Positions 37,383-50,690 of a stretch of 64,000 bases of DNA are shown here, one piece after another. A program made the position numbers and the translations under genes. The notes beneath the pieces were generated by a model, which was given only the letters and a program-made list of their open reading frames with translations, was not told where the DNA came from and did no database searches. The DNA comes from Nemertoderma westbladi (Eukaryota > Animalia > Xenacoelomorpha), in contig JAUCBJ010007173.1 in assembly GCA_032718475.1 (NCBI GenBank), forward strand, positions 124,001 to 188,000. The letters are read 5' to 3'. The number at the start of each line of letters is the position of its first letter. The stretch's first letter is position 1.

Positions 37383-37829
37383 GAGATAATAACAAATATT
37401 ATGCATAATTATATCCCCTTTATGCATGATGATGCACTAGTGATACACCATGTCCTGGAATAGTGTCGTTATTCAGGTACCCCCCCCCCCCCCCCCCTCC
37501 CCCCAATTTTTATATTAAATTGTAATGAGATTGCATGTAATTTTAAACAGAGTTAGTTTCATCTCCCTCCTCGTTAGTGGCTGAGCCAGAATTTTTAATT
37601 TTGCTTTCATTAGTTAGCTACAAGCATTAAAAAGAGTGTCTCCGTCGAGATTGTACAACTTACACCGCAGTTATTTTTGAACCTTATCGTGATTTGTTGG
37701 CACTATTGGAAAGCTGACCGTGCAAGGATTCCAAATTTATTATGTAAAAATATTTGAATTTGGTACAGGAAATCTGTGAATGTGGCTAATTCAGTATAGC
37801 CATATTACAAAATATACGAAAATTATTCC

Positions 37830-38165
37830 GTCTGCCCATGCCTTTCACTTACGTATTCGAAGGTCCTCACCTGACTTTCGGATCCATGATCCCAGGTAAC
37901 AGCTCCACATCCACATGCTCAAGCATACCTTCCTTGGAGCTTATGCTCATCCGGTCAGAGACTTGCTGATGACTTTCAAAGTTAACTGTCAAAATTTTGG
38001 TCTTTTTAGAGTTAATAAAAATACCAACACTAGAAGCAGCATGTTCTAATGAGCTGAGGAGCCGTTGGGCTCCCTCTAGTGATTCTAAGAGTTCTCCTAA
38101 GTCATCAGCAAAGTCTATTTCAGTTAGGTACTCGGCATTATTTCCTCGACTTCTCAATTCAGTCA
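37830..38165 (-). pseudogene. Non-LTR retrotransposon RT fragment (RTE-like)
   Basis: EIDFADDL..AQRLL..VGIFINSKKTKIL, followed in another frame by YLGSWI..DLRIRK*KAW. Confidence 0.75.
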
Positions 38166-38210
38166 GCCTTTCTTCTGTTCAATATACTTCATCTCTAACT
38201 AAATTATAAT

Positions 38211-39197
38211 ATGGCTCATGAAGGCTTCCATAGCAACATTCGATTGGATGAAATTTCAGCAGAGACCCTAGAAGGCACCTATGCCGTCATGTCGGATAAG
38301 GCAATCCCCAAACATACGTCACGGAGTTTGGTTGACAAAGATAAAGCAGTTACTGAGCGACGAGTTGTATCAATTAGGAGATGGTGGGTTGGGGTTGTTG
38401 GTGGGATGCTGGTGGCGTTGCTAGTGGGAGTGGCACTAGCAACATTGTATGTTTTGATGTCTAACAAGAACAAGGACAAAGTAGAAGAAATAAAAAACCA
38501 GATTGCAATTCAGAATAATAACGTCGAGGAAAGTAATGACGAGATAGTGAAAATGTGGTTGCATCTTCATCCTGTGTTGGTTTGTTTAAAAACCGAAGTA
38601 GATTCCATCGCCTTCGTCAGCCACATCAATGGAGTAAGTGGGGTCATTCGATGCGACAACACGATTCCTGGTGGACCATGGTTAGTAATACAGAGGCGTG
38701 TAGATGGGTCAGAAGATTTCTACCGAGATTGGGAGAGTTATATGTCTGGATTTGGGGATGCGAGGGGGGAGTTTTTCCTGGGCCTAGAAAATATATATGA
38801 ATTGACCAAACGTGATGTAGTTTTGAGAATCGATCTCTGGTTCAAAGGGCAACACAAGTTGGCTGAGTACCGAAACTTTCGTGTTGGAGATCCTCGGGAT
38901 AATTACAGGCTATACATATCTGGTTATAGTGGAACAGCCGGAGACTCAATACTTTCTGGAAATCCCGGTACATCGAATTATCTCGATGGATCCCTTTTCT
39001 CGACTCGTGACAGAGATAACGACGATATGCCCATTGGAAACTGCACCTCCAACTACAAAGGTGGTTGGTGGTATCGTGCCTGCACGCTCTCCAACCTAAA
39101 CGGAATCTACGGGGGGGAGATCCCCAATTTCTGGTACACATTCACGGACAGCTACGTACAGATGGATAAAATAGAGATGAAGATTAGAGATCAATGA
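38211..39197 (+). CDS. Fibrinogen-related domain (FReD) protein, type II membrane, intronless
   Basis: TM segment WWVGVVGGMLVALLVGVALATLYVLM, short stalk, then GGPWLVIQRRVDGSEDFYRDWESYMSGFG, EFFLGLENI, LRIDL, FSTRDRDND, GGWWYRACTLSNLNG, EMKIR. Confidence 0.9.
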   Translation: MAHEGFHSNIRLDEISAETLEGTYAVMSDKAIPKHTSRSLVDKDKAVTERRVVSIRRWWVGVVGGMLVALLVGVALATLYVLMSNKNKDKVEEIKNQIAIQNNNVEESNDEIVKMWLHLHPVLVCLKTEVDSIAFVSHINGVSGVIRCDNTIPGGPWLVIQRRVDGSEDFYRDWESYMSGFGDARGEFFLGLENIYELTKRDVVLRIDLWFKGQHKLAEYRNFRVGDPRDNYRLYISGYSGTAGDSILSGNPGTSNYLDGSLFSTRDRDNDDMPIGNCTSNYKGGWWYRACTLSNLNGIYGGEIPNFWYTFTDSYVQMDKIEMKIRDQ

Positions 39198-39269
39198 ATC
39201 TACAATCGATACTATATCATTCCGGTGTTTACATTCCGATTGTAATTTATACACAATTAATTTTTTTAA

Positions 39270-40563
39270 CACTAAAATTAATCATTCTTCCACTAAAATT
39301 AATCATTCTTCCACTAAAATTAATCATTCTTCCACTAAAATTAATCATTCTTCCACTAAAATTAATCATTCTTCCACTAAAATTAATCATTATTCCACTA
39401 AAATTAATCATTATTCCACTAAAATTAATCATTCTTCCACTAAAATTAATCATTCTTCCATTAAAAGTATTCATTCTTCCACTAAAATTAATCATTCTTC
39501 CACTAAAATTAATCATTCTTCCACTAAAATTAATCATTCTTTCACTAAAATTAATCATTCTTCCACTAAAATTAATCATTCTTCCACTAAAATTAATCAT
39601 TCTTCCACTAAAATTAATCATTCTTCCACTAAAATTAATCATTCTTTCACTAAAATTAATCATTCTTCCACTAAAAGTAATCATTCTTCCACTAAAATTA
39701 ATCATTCTTCCACTAAAATTAATCATTCTTCCACTAAAATTAATCATTCTTCCACTAAAATTAATCATTCTTCCACTACAATTAATCATTCTTCCACTAA
39801 AATTAATCATTCTTCCCCTAAAATTAATCATTATTCCACTAAAATTAATCATTCTTCCATTAAAAGTAATCATTCTTCCACTAAAATTAATCATTCTTCC
39901 ACTAAAATTAATCATTCTTTCACTAAAAGTAATCATTCTTCCACTAAAATTAATCATTCTTCCACTAAAATTAATCATTCTTCCACTAAAATTAATCATT
40001 CTTCCACTAAAATTAATCATTCTTCCTCTAAAATTAATCATTCTTCCACTAAAATTAATCATTCTTCCACTAAAATTAATCATTCTTCCACTAAAATTAA
40101 TCATTCTTCCACTAAAATTAATCATTCTTCCACTAAAATTAATCATTCTTCCACTAAAATTAATCATTCTTCCACTAAAATTAATCATTCTTCCACTAAA
40201 ATTAATTATTCTTCCACTAAAATTAATCTTTCTTTCACTAAAATTAATCATTCTTCCACTAAAAGTAATCATTCTTCCACTAAAATTAATCATTCTTCCA
40301 CTAAAATTAATCATTCTACCACTAAAATTAAACATTCTTCCACTAAAATTAATCATTCTTCCACTAAAATTAATCATTCTTCCACTAAAATTAATCATTC
40401 TTCCACTAAAATTAATCATTCTTCCCCTAAAATTAATCATTCTTCCACTAAAATTAATCATTCTTCCACTAAAATTAATCATTCTTCCACTAAAATTTAT
40501 CATTCTTCCACTAAAATTAATCATTCTTCCACTAAAATTAATCATTCATCCACTAAAATTTAT
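39270..40563. repeat. 21-bp minisatellite, about 61 copies
   Basis: Unit CACTAAAATTAATCATTCTTC with scattered point variants. Confidence 0.97.
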
Positions 40564-40614
40564 TAATCATAACTATTTTTTTTGGCATTGGGATGCGAAG
40601 TACCGGTACATATT

Positions 40615-40913
40615 TTCTTGGTTATAAAAGCCTACCTCTGTAACCTGCACGTTTCCAATAAAAGGTAACAACATTGCTTATTATTTTGGTTATAAATGCA
40701 CCTCTGTAACCTGCTCCTTTCCCCCAATTGGTAGCAACATTGTTTATTGTTTTGGTTTTAAAAGCCTAGCTCTGTAACCAACTTTTTTTCCCACAATTGG
40801 TAACACTGTTTATTGTTCTGGTTATAAAAGCCCACCTCTGTAACCTGCTCCTCTCCCGCGAATTGGTAACAAAACTGTTTCTTGTTTTGGTTATAAAAGC
40901 CTACCTCTGTAAC
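40615..40913. repeat. ~67-bp tandem repeat, five degenerate copies
   Basis: Core TTGGTTATAAAAGCCTACCTCTGTAACC recurs near 40618, 40686, 40752, 40818 and 40887. Confidence 0.8.
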
Positions 40914-41051
40914 GAATTGATTTAATTTCATGGAAAATGAATTAATTTTAGTCATAAGTGATTAATTTTAGTGATAAGTAATTAAATTTAGTGAAAATGA
41001 TTAAATTTAGTGATAAAAATGTAGCTAGTAGCTAGTTTTTGCTATTTATAC

Positions 41052-41210
41052 TGTGGGGGATGTAAATGCCACATATAAATAACTAACGTACTTGTGAGCT
41101 ATTTTATTATTGTTAAACATTGTTGTGTTTTATATGTTCTAGAATACGTAATACTCAAGGAAACGAGTTAAGTGTCCGAACGATAGGTAAGCCATCGAGT
41201 GGACGCTACA
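41052..41210 (-). repeat. 3' LTR of CsRN1-like element
   Basis: TG..CA direct repeat of 45416-45574. Confidence 0.95.
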
Positions 41211-41285
41211 TCACTCCCCCCCAGTGAGGGCACGAAAGTTTATGTTCATTGATGTGTTCTAGTTGAGAATTAACAGTGAGTCGAG

Positions 41286-44200
41286 TTACAAGATCAAACG
41301 AGTTGGAGGTTTACTTAATCTTCCACTTCTGGTTCGGCACATGGGGGGTATGTACGACATGGGGTCGGGTTCTGGTTCCAATGAGTAGTCAACAAGAGGA
41401 GGTGATCCCATCGCTTGTGTTGTAGAAGTGCGCATTGTTGTTGGTGATGCTCGTTGTGTTGTGGATGGAACCAATCGTTGGGTTGTCGTGCTTGCGCAAC
41501 CAGTGTCAGTGTATGCAGTTTTTAACCGGTCTATAGATACGTTTACAGCTTTACCATTGCAGTCTATTGTGTAATGCTTGGCGTTGACCCCAAGAATGCG
41601 GTGGGGGCCAGTGTAGGGTTGCTGAAGTGGGTTTTTGTGGCTGTCGACTCGTATATAAACAAAACCAGTTGATGCTAAGTTCTCTGGAACTGATGCTGCA
41701 CGTTGGCCGTGGTAATTAGTTGGGGGAGGCTTTGCTAAGCGCATGGCATCTTGTAGACCGCTTAAGAAACTTGGTTGGAGGTCTGAGTTCCTATCAGTCT
41801 TGAAGAATTCACCTGGAATGTGTAGGGAAGTCCCATATACTAAATCAGCTGGAGAACAGTCTGCGTCTTCCTTCCAGGCTGTGCGGATGCCGAGCATAAC
41901 CATGGGTAGGTGGTCCATCCAGTTGGGTCCTGTCATGCGCGCCTTAAGTGACGCCTTTAGTTGACGGTGAAATCGTTCAACCATACCGTTGGCTTGTGGG
42001 TGATATGCGATAGTGTTGTTGGCTGATACTCCCAAGAGACGTTGTAACTCGGCCCAAAGGTGTGATGTGAACTGTGGGCCTCTGTCGGATGTGAGGTCCC
42101 CTGGGATACCGAACCGTGCCACCCATGTGCGTAGAAAGCCACGAATGCAAGTTTCAGTTGTGGAGTCTGGAATTGGAATAGCTTCTGGCCACCTGGTATA
42201 GCGATCTACTATTGTAAACAGGTAGCACATTTTCTCAGAGATGGGAAGGGGCCCCACAAGGTCTACATGAAGAGATCCAAAGCGCCGTTCCGGTGGGGGG
42301 CGGGATTCTAAGGGGGTGTGTATGTGTTGGCTGACCTTAGAGACTTGACACGGGTGACAGGAGCGACACCAGTTGCGGATATCTGATTTCATCCCATGCC
42401 AAACAAATTGTTTCGCTATTGCACGGTATGTGGGACGGTAACCAGTGTGAGAAAAGCCATGGATAGCCTCAAATATTCGTTTTGTCCAATTGGCAGGTAT
42501 GACTGATCTGGCCTTTCCAGTGGCAGTGTCACATAAGATAGAGTACCCATTATAGGCAAGGTCTTCGAGATTGGGTGAAGTGACAGCAGTGCTTGTGCGA
42601 TAAGCTTCGATTTCTTTGGATGTAGCCTGGTCTGAAGCCAACTGTGCGTATTCGATTGTAGGAGTTAGAATAGCTGACACTGTTGTACCTGATCTGGTGT
42701 TGGGCTCATTGGACTCAACTGGGGCACGTGATAGTGTGTTTGCTACGACATTGGAGGTTCCCTTAATGTGTTGGACATCTGTAGTGAACTCGGCAATGAA
42801 GGAAAGGTGGCGAGTTTGGCGGGGGGTGCGATCGGCGGTGCCAGTCATTGCAGCAACTAAGGGCTTATGGTCTGTAAACAATGTAAATTGCCGTCCTTCG
42901 ATATAGTTCCGGAAATGTTTGATTCCTAAGTAGGCAGCAAGCAGTTCCCTGTCGAAGGCAGAGTACTTCTTCTCAGCATTGGTTAGCTTCTTAGAAAAGA
43001 AGGCCAATGGGCGCCAAACATTGTTATCGAGCTGATCTAGTGAACCACCTACTGCCATGTCCGAGGCATCAACGGATATCGAATACTTAAAGCTAGGATT
43101 GGGATGGTGTAGCATAGCTGCATTGGCAAGGGCAGATTTAGCTTCCTCGAATGATGATTGACATGCTTCAGTCCAGATAATGGGTCTGCCTTTCCCTTTA
43201 GTTGCATTGTAAAGTGGGTGGAGGCGGGCAGCGAGGTTGGGCATAAACCGGTGGTAATAATTGATCATGCCTAAGAATCTTTGCAGCTGATGTTTGTCAA
43301 CGGGTACAGGGAAATTAGTAACAGCTTCAACACGTTCAGGTAGGGGGGTGATGCCAGTTGAAGTGACTTTATGGCCCAGGAAGGTGAGCTCATTGACACC
43401 GAATACACATTTGGGGCGCTGGATGACCATGCCGTTGCGGGACAGTGCCGAGAAAACCTCTCTCAAGTGAGAAGCATGTTCAGTGCGGTTGCTACTAGCT
43501 ACCAGGATGTCATCCACATATATGAATATACATGGAATCCCTCGAAGGATGGTATCCATCAGCCGTTGAAACGATTGAGCCGCATTCTTCAGACCAAAGG
43601 GCATTCGAAGAAATTCCCACAAGCCAAATGGGGTGATAATGGCTGTCTTACAAATATCGGCTTCAGTCATAGGGATTTGATGGTAGCCTTTCGCCAAGTC
43701 AATCTTTGAGAATATAGTTTTCCCATTCAGATTGGTGTTGAAGTCACCGATATGTGGTATCGGGTATTTGTCATCTTTTGTGGCTGCATTGAGGCGTCGG
43801 TAATCACCACATGGGCGCCAACCACCATCAGGTTTGGGTACAACATGTAGTGGTGTGGCCCAAGCAGAATTGCTGCGACGGATGATTCCCAAGTCTTCCA
43901 TTTTCTTAAATTCAGCTTGGGCTACCTCCAGCTGGTCGGCATGAAGACGTCTCGCGTGGGCGAAAATGGGTGGGCCATTAGTGGGGAGGTGGTGTTCAAC
44001 ACCATGTAAGTTTGGAGCAGAGGCATGGAAACGTGGGATTAGGAGTTCAGGGAACTCATCGAGGATGGAAGCGAGGTTGACATCATCCTCTCTGGGTTTA
44101 TGGAGCCCATTGATGTTTCCTATCACTGATGTTGATCCTGCCGGTATTGTAGCGTATGTCTCTAGGTCAATTAAACGCCGATTGGCCATATCGATGGCCA

Positions 44201-44537
44201 GATTATTAGCTATGAAGAAATCTGCACCAAGGATTGGTTGTTGTACATCAGCAATGTTGAAACGTTGGACGAAGGTTTGGTTGCCCAGTTCGAGGGCAAT
44301 TGTTGTCGTCCCCCATGCTGAGATGCGTGAGCCATTAGCAGCAATGAGAGGTGTAGTTTGAGTACGTGAATGATCGAGTCTTGATGCTGGGATGACGGAC
44401 TCATCGGCACCGCAGTCGACAAGAAACTGACGTCCGGTCTTGCGGTCCCAGACTGTCATAGTTTTCATGCCATCTTTCTGTTTGGGTTTGTTGCCGACGG
44501 CCTGGACGGCTACTGGGCGTCGGCAGTGGCGTTTCCC
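41286..44537 (-). CDS. pol: CsRN1-like pol (PR-RT-RH-IN), entered by -1 frameshift
   Basis: Uninterrupted frame: [61 protein letters not shown]. Confidence 0.95.
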   Translation of the reverse strand, partial: GKRHCRRPVAVQAVGNKPKQKDGMKTMTVWDRKTGRQFLVDCGADESVIPASRLDHSRTQTTPLIAANGSRISAWGTTTIALELGNQTFVQRFNIADVQQPILGADFFIANNLAIDMANRRLIDLETYATIPAGSTSVIGNINGLHKPREDDVNLASILDEFPELLIPRFHASAPNLHGVEHHLPTNGPPIFAHARRLHADQLEVAQAEFKKMEDLGIIRRSNSAWATPLHVVPKPDGGWRPCGDYRRLNAATKDDKYPIPHIGDFNTNLNGKTIFSKIDLAKGYHQIPMTEADICKTAIITPFGLWEFLRMPFGLKNAAQSFQRLMDTILRGIPCIFIYVDDILVASSNRTEHASHLREVFSALSRNGMVIQRPKCVFGVNELTFLGHKVTSTGITPLPERVEAVTNFPVPVDKHQLQRFLGMINYYHRFMPNLAARLHPLYNATKGKGRPIIWTEACQSSFEEAKSALANAAMLHHPNPSFKYSISVDASDMAVGGSLDQLDNNVWRPLAFFSKKLTNAEKKYSAFDRELLAAYLGIKHFRNYIEGRQFTLFTDHKPLVAAMTGTADRTPRQTRHLSFIAEFTTDVQHIKGTSNVVANTLSRAPVESNEPNTRSGTTVSAILTPTIEYAQLASDQATSKEIEAYRTSTAVTSPNLEDLAYNGYSILCDTATGKARSVIPANWTKRIFEAIHGFSHTGYRPTYRAIAKQFVWHGMKSDIRNWCRSCHPCQVSKVSQHIHTPLESRPPPERRFGSLHVDLVGPLPISEKMCYLFTIVDRYTRWPEAIPIPDSTTETCIRGFLRTWVARFGIPGDLTSDRGPQFTSHLWAELQRLLGVSANNTIAYHPQANGMVERFHRQLKASLKARMTGPNWMDHLPMVMLGIRTAWKEDADCSPADLVYGTSLHIPGEFFKTDRNSDLQPSFLSGLQDAMRLAKPPPTNYHGQRAASVPENLASTGFVYIRVDSHKNPLQQPYTGPHRILGVNAKHYTIDCNGKAVNVSIDRLKTAYTDTGCASTTTQRLVPSTTQRASPTTMRTSTTQAMGSPPLVDYSLEPEPDPMSYIPPMCRTRSGRLSKPPTRLIL
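44490..44537 (-). promoter_or_regulatory. -1 ribosomal frameshift signal
   Basis: G GGA AAC in the gag frame (44531-44537), followed after about 5 nt by the stem TGCCGACG..CGTCGGCA. The -1 frame is pol. Confidence 0.75.
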
Positions 44538-45376
44538 GAAGGTCTGGGTACTGTGATGTGTGCCATGTCGCAAGTGGAACCAGGGAGCATAGTGCAGCAA
44601 GCCCAGGTATGCGTGCCATAACGCTGGTGATTGGCGCAGCGAGTGGTGGATCGGCGGTTTACACGAGGTAGTTGAGTGGGAGGTGCATTCCTTTGGCTCT
44701 GACGCTGTTGGGTGCGTTTCTGTTGTCTACCTATGGCATCAACTTCTACTGCAGCTATACCACGATAATGAGTTGGACCTTGGGCCTCTATGATAGAGTC
44801 AGCGGCAAATGCAAGATCTTCAATGTCTGTAGGAGGGTCTCTGGCCAGGGCTATGCGGACTGTTTCAGGTAGATGTTGTAGGAATAGACTACGGAATGTA
44901 TACCCCCTGTAGGTGTCAGCAGGAACTAAGGTAGCCATGTATCGTAGTAGAGAAGATGGGTGGCGATCACCCAGGCCATTGATTGCTAGTAACTTGGCTC
45001 CCTTTTGTTGTTCTGTAAGCCCATAAGTTTTGAGGAGTATAGTTTTCAGAGCTTCATATCTGTTAGCTTCTGGTGGGTTCAAGATGAATGCACCAATTTC
45101 AGTTGCTACGGTGTTATCAAGGGCCTGGATTACATAGTTGTATTTAGTGAGGTCTGCCGTAATTCCTTTTAAATCTAACTGAGCTTCCACTTGTTTGAAC
45201 CAAACCTCGGGTTGCGCGGTCCAGAAAGAAGGGAGTTTCACAGCGACTGTTGATATGGCAGGAGCAGCATTGACCAGTGGATTTCCGAGTTGAAGGGCGT
45301 GGAGCTCATGTGCCAAACGTCCATAGTCGAATGCACCGGCTGCCGCCTCATTAATGTTATCAGGCAAATTGTTCAT
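44510..45376 (-). CDS. gag: CsRN1-like gag
   Basis: [49 protein letters not shown] motif. Confidence 0.92.
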   Translation of the reverse strand: MNNLPDNINEAAAGAFDYGRLAHELHALQLGNPLVNAAPAISTVAVKLPSFWTAQPEVWFKQVEAQLDLKGITADLTKYNYVIQALDNTVATEIGAFILNPPEANRYEALKTILLKTYGLTEQQKGAKLLAINGLGDRHPSSLLRYMATLVPADTYRGYTFRSLFLQHLPETVRIALARDPPTDIEDLAFAADSIIEAQGPTHYRGIAAVEVDAIGRQQKRTQQRQSQRNAPPTQLPRVNRRSTTRCANHQRYGTHTWACCTMLPGSTCDMAHITVPRPSGNATADAQ

Positions 45377-45415
45377 TATTAAGCTAGGTAATTAATCTAA
45401 CGTCCGGGTCACCAA

Positions 45416-45574
45416 TGTGGGGGATGTAAATGCCACATATAAATAACTAACGTACTAGTGAGCTATTTTATTATTGTTAAACATTGTTGTGTTTTATATG
45501 TTCTAGAATACGTAATACTCAAGGAAACGAGTTAAGTGTCCGAACGATAGGTATGCCATCGAGTGGACGCTACA
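45416..45574 (-). repeat. 5' LTR of CsRN1-like element
   Basis: Followed on the minus strand by the PBS at 45401-45414. Confidence 0.95.
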
Positions 45575-46733
45575 ATACGTTCAAAAAATATTCCCTATTC
45601 TTTAAAAAAAGTTCCATTAGAAGTTGTTCTTATTATATAATGTTTTTTTTAACATACGGATTTTTAACAGACGAAATTTATATAATTAAAATTTTTTTAT
45701 CTTTAATCTAGAATATTAATTATTATGTAATTGAGCATAATACCTTTTTTTTATTCATTACTTATAATTACGTCTCAAAATATTTGAATTTTAATTATAC
45801 AGTATGTAATGCAATCTTTTATAAAATTAAGGGGGTGGGGGGGGGGGGGGGGGGGTAGCGCATTTTCTGACCAAAAAGACGAATTTTTGAAACATATCCT
45901 ATCTGATGCAAAATTTCAGGCTGAATCCAAATATGGAAACCGTTTCCCATATCTTGCTTAGTTGCGAGATATCTGGGATAGAAGATACTGGCTCCGATAT
46001 CGCGATATTGGTAAAGGTGATGAAGTTTGGGGTTTGCATTCAATTTCTGCAAATTTCTGTGCTCAGTGGTCCCAAATGGATGTCTCCACGAGAAAGAGCA
46101 CAAAATTTTAATTGAGAAGGTATTTTTTATGATTATTGAACCTACTTCTCAGTTTATAAGACAACTATTACTCGAGTTCTATTACTCTGTCGGCCTTTCA
46201 GCCCCTTAACAGCCTTTCAGTGACTAAGTGGACGCGGTGATGCGTATATCCCATACAACTCGAAACACACACCGGTCGGGATCCCTCGCCAACTCGGATC
46301 CTGTCACAGTTTAAACCGACTTCATTGAGAATACGTTGGAATACTCCAGTTTAAACCAACGACGAGACCATCAAGAGAAACAATCAAGAGAAACCGGCCT
46401 GCCACACCGGATACGCCGAAGAACGACGGTTCGGTTGGAGAGGAGGAAGGCGGACAAGTACGAGGGGACGAGAAACGCGAGTCGACGCAGGACAAGAGCA
46501 GCGAGAAGAGCACCAGGGTCACCAGCCAACCAGTGGCTACAGGCGGCAAGCGACCCACCGGAACAGCAACAGTGGGGCCGACGGTGCCACGCCAGACGAG
46601 GAGAGGAGGTCAGCAAGTTCAGGAGGAGGGCGTTGGGACAAGCGATCGCCTATGACGTGGGTACATAAGGAATAAGTTAGTTGGATGGGCGGGTTCGAAC
46701 GACGCCAAAGCTGAGGTAAATCCAGAGGATTCG

Positions 46734-47310
46734 GTGTCGTCCGTTAGTAAGACCACTAGCAGGCATAATAAAAATAGTAAAATCGGCAGGCGACGGGAGT
46801 CCGTCGCAACCGAAAAGTCCGCTACACCCTCTGCGAAAGCAAGAAGGTTGTTAGAGATAGATCTGGCGTATCAGCTAGACATGGTTGCGTTGGACCAAAA
46901 GGAATTAGAGGGGCAGTTGGACGAGGGGACTGCGTTATTAGAAAAGGAGAGGGAGCTAGCGAAGGAGTGTAAAGAGAGAGCTGAGAAGGTGGTGAGAGAG
47001 TGTAGAGAGAGGGCTGCAAGGGAAGCTGAGAGGGTTGAGAGGGAAAATGCATTGGTGGACCAGAGTGTTAGAGAGGACAGGGAGAGAGAGATGGTTGGTA
47101 AGAGAATGCGGGATGATATGCATACCTGGTTGAGGGGGTTAATGCAGTATCAGGCGAGACAGAAATGCCAGTTAGAACTGGTGAAACTGGGTTTATCAGA
47201 GAGTGAGGCTGGTTCAGGAAGTATTTATGAGGAACCAGGGGTAATGGAAACTTTTGTTAATACTCCACTTACTGGTACTGGACGGCAAACACAAAACTGG
47301 TCTGACCGGA
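46734..47310 (+). pseudogene. Charged coiled-coil ORF, possibly the gag N-terminus of another retroelement
   Basis: Glu/Arg-rich helical sequence with no diagnostic motif, ending in a G-run and AT-rich low-complexity DNA. Confidence 0.35.
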
Positions 47311-47769
47311 CGGATGGGGGGGGGGGGGGGGGGGTAATGACATTACGTTTAATGAGAACGTTAATATTAATTATTAATATATTATATAATTAATATATTA
47401 ATTATATTGTTAATAATAATAATACTAATAATAATATAATAATAATAAATACTAATAATACCGTAGCTGATAATCCTAATAATAACAAGGGCACATTTCT
47501 TACAGGAAATAATGTTTTGGTGAATAATAATAAATGTTGATACTAATACAGTAAATGATTAAAGTCAGCCATTTATTATGTTATTTATTATATAAGCCTA
47601 AATATCTATAATACTTACATGTATTTGATTAACAATAATTCAAAGTAAAAGATTGTAGTTCTTAATCTTAAGATTAATTTAAAACTTACACAGCATTGGG
47701 GTAAAATATTAATATGATATAATAAAATAAATAAATAAATATCAGTAGGCTAAAGGTAAGTGGAGTCAT

Positions 47770-50690
47770 CTAATAATTATCTCGAAGGTCGAGACCATGC
47801 AGACCCGCCCAATCGCCAAAGCCAAGAGATCGCCATGGACGACGACCAACCCTTAGGCAGAGAGAGCTGGACTTGAGGAGGGCGAATTGGAGCCTCCTAC
47901 GGACTCCTCCAAGTACCCCAGCAAGGCCACGCTCCCGCATTCCTTCACTCCGAGTCACCAGTGAGTCCGTGAGGTGCCGGATAAAAATCTCCGTCTCTCT
48001 AAACCAGATGCCGTCGGAGGTACTAACAAGGGGTGTAAAGGACATCCTTCTTGCTTCACACACGCTGTTGTAGTGCTGTTTCTTCGCGCAGACCCGTTGT
48101 ACAAGCAGGGGGGTCACTGATCGATTGGTTTGAGCATAAGATGGGGCGTCAGCGTTAATAACAGCGATGTCAAAAGACGCCACCCTCTGATTGACCCAAA
48201 TCCCCCGAGCGACCAGGTCCGCACAAACTCCTCCAACAGCTACTCATTGGTGATCAAGGTGACCTGACTCTAATGTCACCTCCCTCTCTACTGCTGATCC
48301 ACCAACAACAGCAGCTATCAAGTCTCCAAAGACTTCTCAGACCTCATTGTGTCTTTTTATAATAAGACCTCCAGACTTACAGCTGAGGGCATGCGTAGTA
48401 GTGAAAGTACCACAACCCTTGCATTCAGCAGGCAACCCAGGTGGTGAAATACCTCGGGTGCAAGGTTGGTTTTGTCTACCTCTGAAGGTTGTGCAGTAAG
48501 CCAACCACCGGTCTTATGAGAGGTTGCCCGAGAGACGGTTCTTTGGCATTCCAGCGGAATTTCTGAGAGTGCAACCTCTTGTGTGGCCTTGTAAGTCACA
48601 TTCTGAGCTTCTTTACTTGCAGTCATAGTGATTTTAAGTAAAGCCTCATATCTACAAGGAGGGCTGTTGCTAATCTTGCTGGCCCCATACGAATCAATGG
48701 GTCACGGATCCCAATTCCACCATAGCGAGCCGGGAGCAAGAAGAGTTTCTCATTAGATGGGCCTGAGGCTGATGGGGTGCCAAATAATGATGGGATATAG
48801 TTGGTCAGGAGTGCATTTCCTTCTTGTCGGTATCTATAACACGGAGTAGATAATCCCACTCTGCTTGCTCACAGCGGGACATACCTGTGTGGGCAGTCTG
48901 TGGGAATTCAGTAGCTACCTCTGACAGCCGTTCTATAGAACGCACCCACCCTGTGACCTTCTCCCTGACAAAATGAGTTCTCCCTTCTGAGTCACCGATG
49001 TAGCCACCCAAAAAACGATGGCCTGTAACAACCTTCACTCCCCAGCTGCCAAACATCTCATTGGCCTGTTCTTCCAATCCAGGTTTAACCACAAAATAAC
49101 TCTTGGTTGGTTCTGGATTATATCCAATCTTCAATTGGAGTAGTTTAATCCACCAATCTCGTACCTGGGCCATTCTGCCTGCTGCTGAGGCGTCATCAGC
49201 ATACCAACATTGGTGGCTTTGATATTGACTGGCATTAGCGGTAATAGTTGGTCCATCTGTACTCCTTGGGTCTGAGGTGATAAACCCCATGTGATTTGGG
49301 GATTCTGCTCGAATTGGATTTAGATCACTCTGGTTCTGGAGTGCACTGGCTGCTTGGGATACTTCCTTCAGTGCCGGTACCAATGGAAGTGTGCCGCACC
49401 CATAGAGGAGCATTGCCAATGGGTCCCCTTGGGTCACACCTTCTTTACTAAAGAGGGGGGTCTTACTGCCATGGATATACAATGCTGCATGGCCATTGTA
49501 GGTATTGTAGAGAAAACGAGAGCAGCGATGCCAATAACGCCGGCAATTCAATAGTGCTACAGGGCGGCTTAGACTGTTGAACACATTACTCGCATCCACG
49601 AGAAGCACACATTCAGTTGTCTTATCCATAAATAGTGCGGCCATAGCATGGACACCTCCCTTGATTCCGGCTTTCACTCCTGCGCACAGCTGGTCTGCTC
49701 CACATTCTGTGATGAAGTCCATCTTTGTCGCTTTCGCGAGGCAGGCAGCAAGGAGCCGGTAAAGAACCTCGCCAACACCAATTGGTCAGACTCCCGGCTG
49801 CTTGTCAAGGGCTGTTAGTTTACAAGCCCGGAGGGCACGGATCTCGCCCCAAGGAACTACTGTGTTCGCTAATCGACGGGGCAATCCAGCCACTGCTTCT
49901 CGCAGATGAGAACTGTGTGAGTCGTAACGTATTAGGATGGCACTCCAGAACTCGGAGTCCCCCCCTACTGGACCAGAACCACCTTGTAGAGTACGAGAAG
50001 TCTTGAGAACCATCTGTCCAGTTATGTCCACTCCCTCAAAGGGAGGGAGAGGTCCGCATTCATAAACTTAATCCGATACAGGCATTTGGGGTGGGTGTTG
50101 AGATCCAGCACATATCTCACTGTTACACCTTGTAGCTGGCACTCTGCTTGATCAACATGGTCCAGGACTCCTCCACTGTATCGATCTGTTACATGACGCA
50201 CAGCTGCCCTGTTCTGACCAGCCAGAATCTTTCGATTATAGACTCTGGCCGAGTTAATGTGATTGATTAGTGCCACGATTGGAAGGAAAAATTTCCTTGA
50301 GCAACGCTCTGCCTCAATGACCAGTTGAAGGAATTCGCCTCTCTCCCACATGTCAATTCGCCGCAGTATTGTGCGCCTGATGTCTGGGCCCCTGATGTCT
50401 GACATCTGTGTCCCGTTGGAATACAATGGCAATGAATTACAATGGCAGTTCAGAGGGGCATACCCCACCTGTCAAGTTATTCAATTTAGTGGTGAGTTGA
50501 TCAGCCACTATCCTTCCTACATTCCCACCTGGCAAAATGTATCTTCGGTCTGGCAGTTTATTCAAGTGTGCATGAAGGCTCTCCCATAATGTATCAGTTG
50601 ATGATCCTGGGGCATTGAACCATACTCCCACCATAGGCTGATTCGAGTAACTCGGCAGTTGAGGAAGTGGAGTTATTTGGATCATGGAGT
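47770..50690 (-). mobile_element. Decayed non-LTR retrotransposon with restriction-like endonuclease (CRE-like)
   Basis: RT motifs LTALDK, LLVDASNVFNSLSR, GVTQGDPLAMLLY, WYADD, RFLGGYIG. C-terminal HNEV, ADL, FDIAV, KKQHY, FTPLV. Many frameshifts. Confidence 0.85.

Larger units (their letters stand above)
41052..45574 (-). mobile_element. Ty3/Gypsy LTR retrotransposon, CsRN1-like, apparently intact
   Basis: 159-bp LTRs with two mismatches, 4-bp TSD ATAC, PBS TGGTGACCCGGACG (tRNA-Trp type), PPT GGGGGGGAGTGA, gag with a CHCC-type motif. Confidence 0.96.

Noticed and set aside
39194-40627. 477-aa (LKLIILP)n and 432-aa (MINFSGR)n ORFs
   Set aside because: They arise from a 21-bp stop-free repeat unit. 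No evidence of coding function.
39270-40913. CRISPR-like array
   Set aside because: Repeats are contiguous or have homologous intervening sequence, with no unique spacers or cas genes, in a eukaryotic context.
45835-45856. G/C homopolymer runs (also near 37480, 47316, 52400, 52487) as regulatory G-quadruplexes
   Set aside because: Simple runs without conserved context, with unreliable length.
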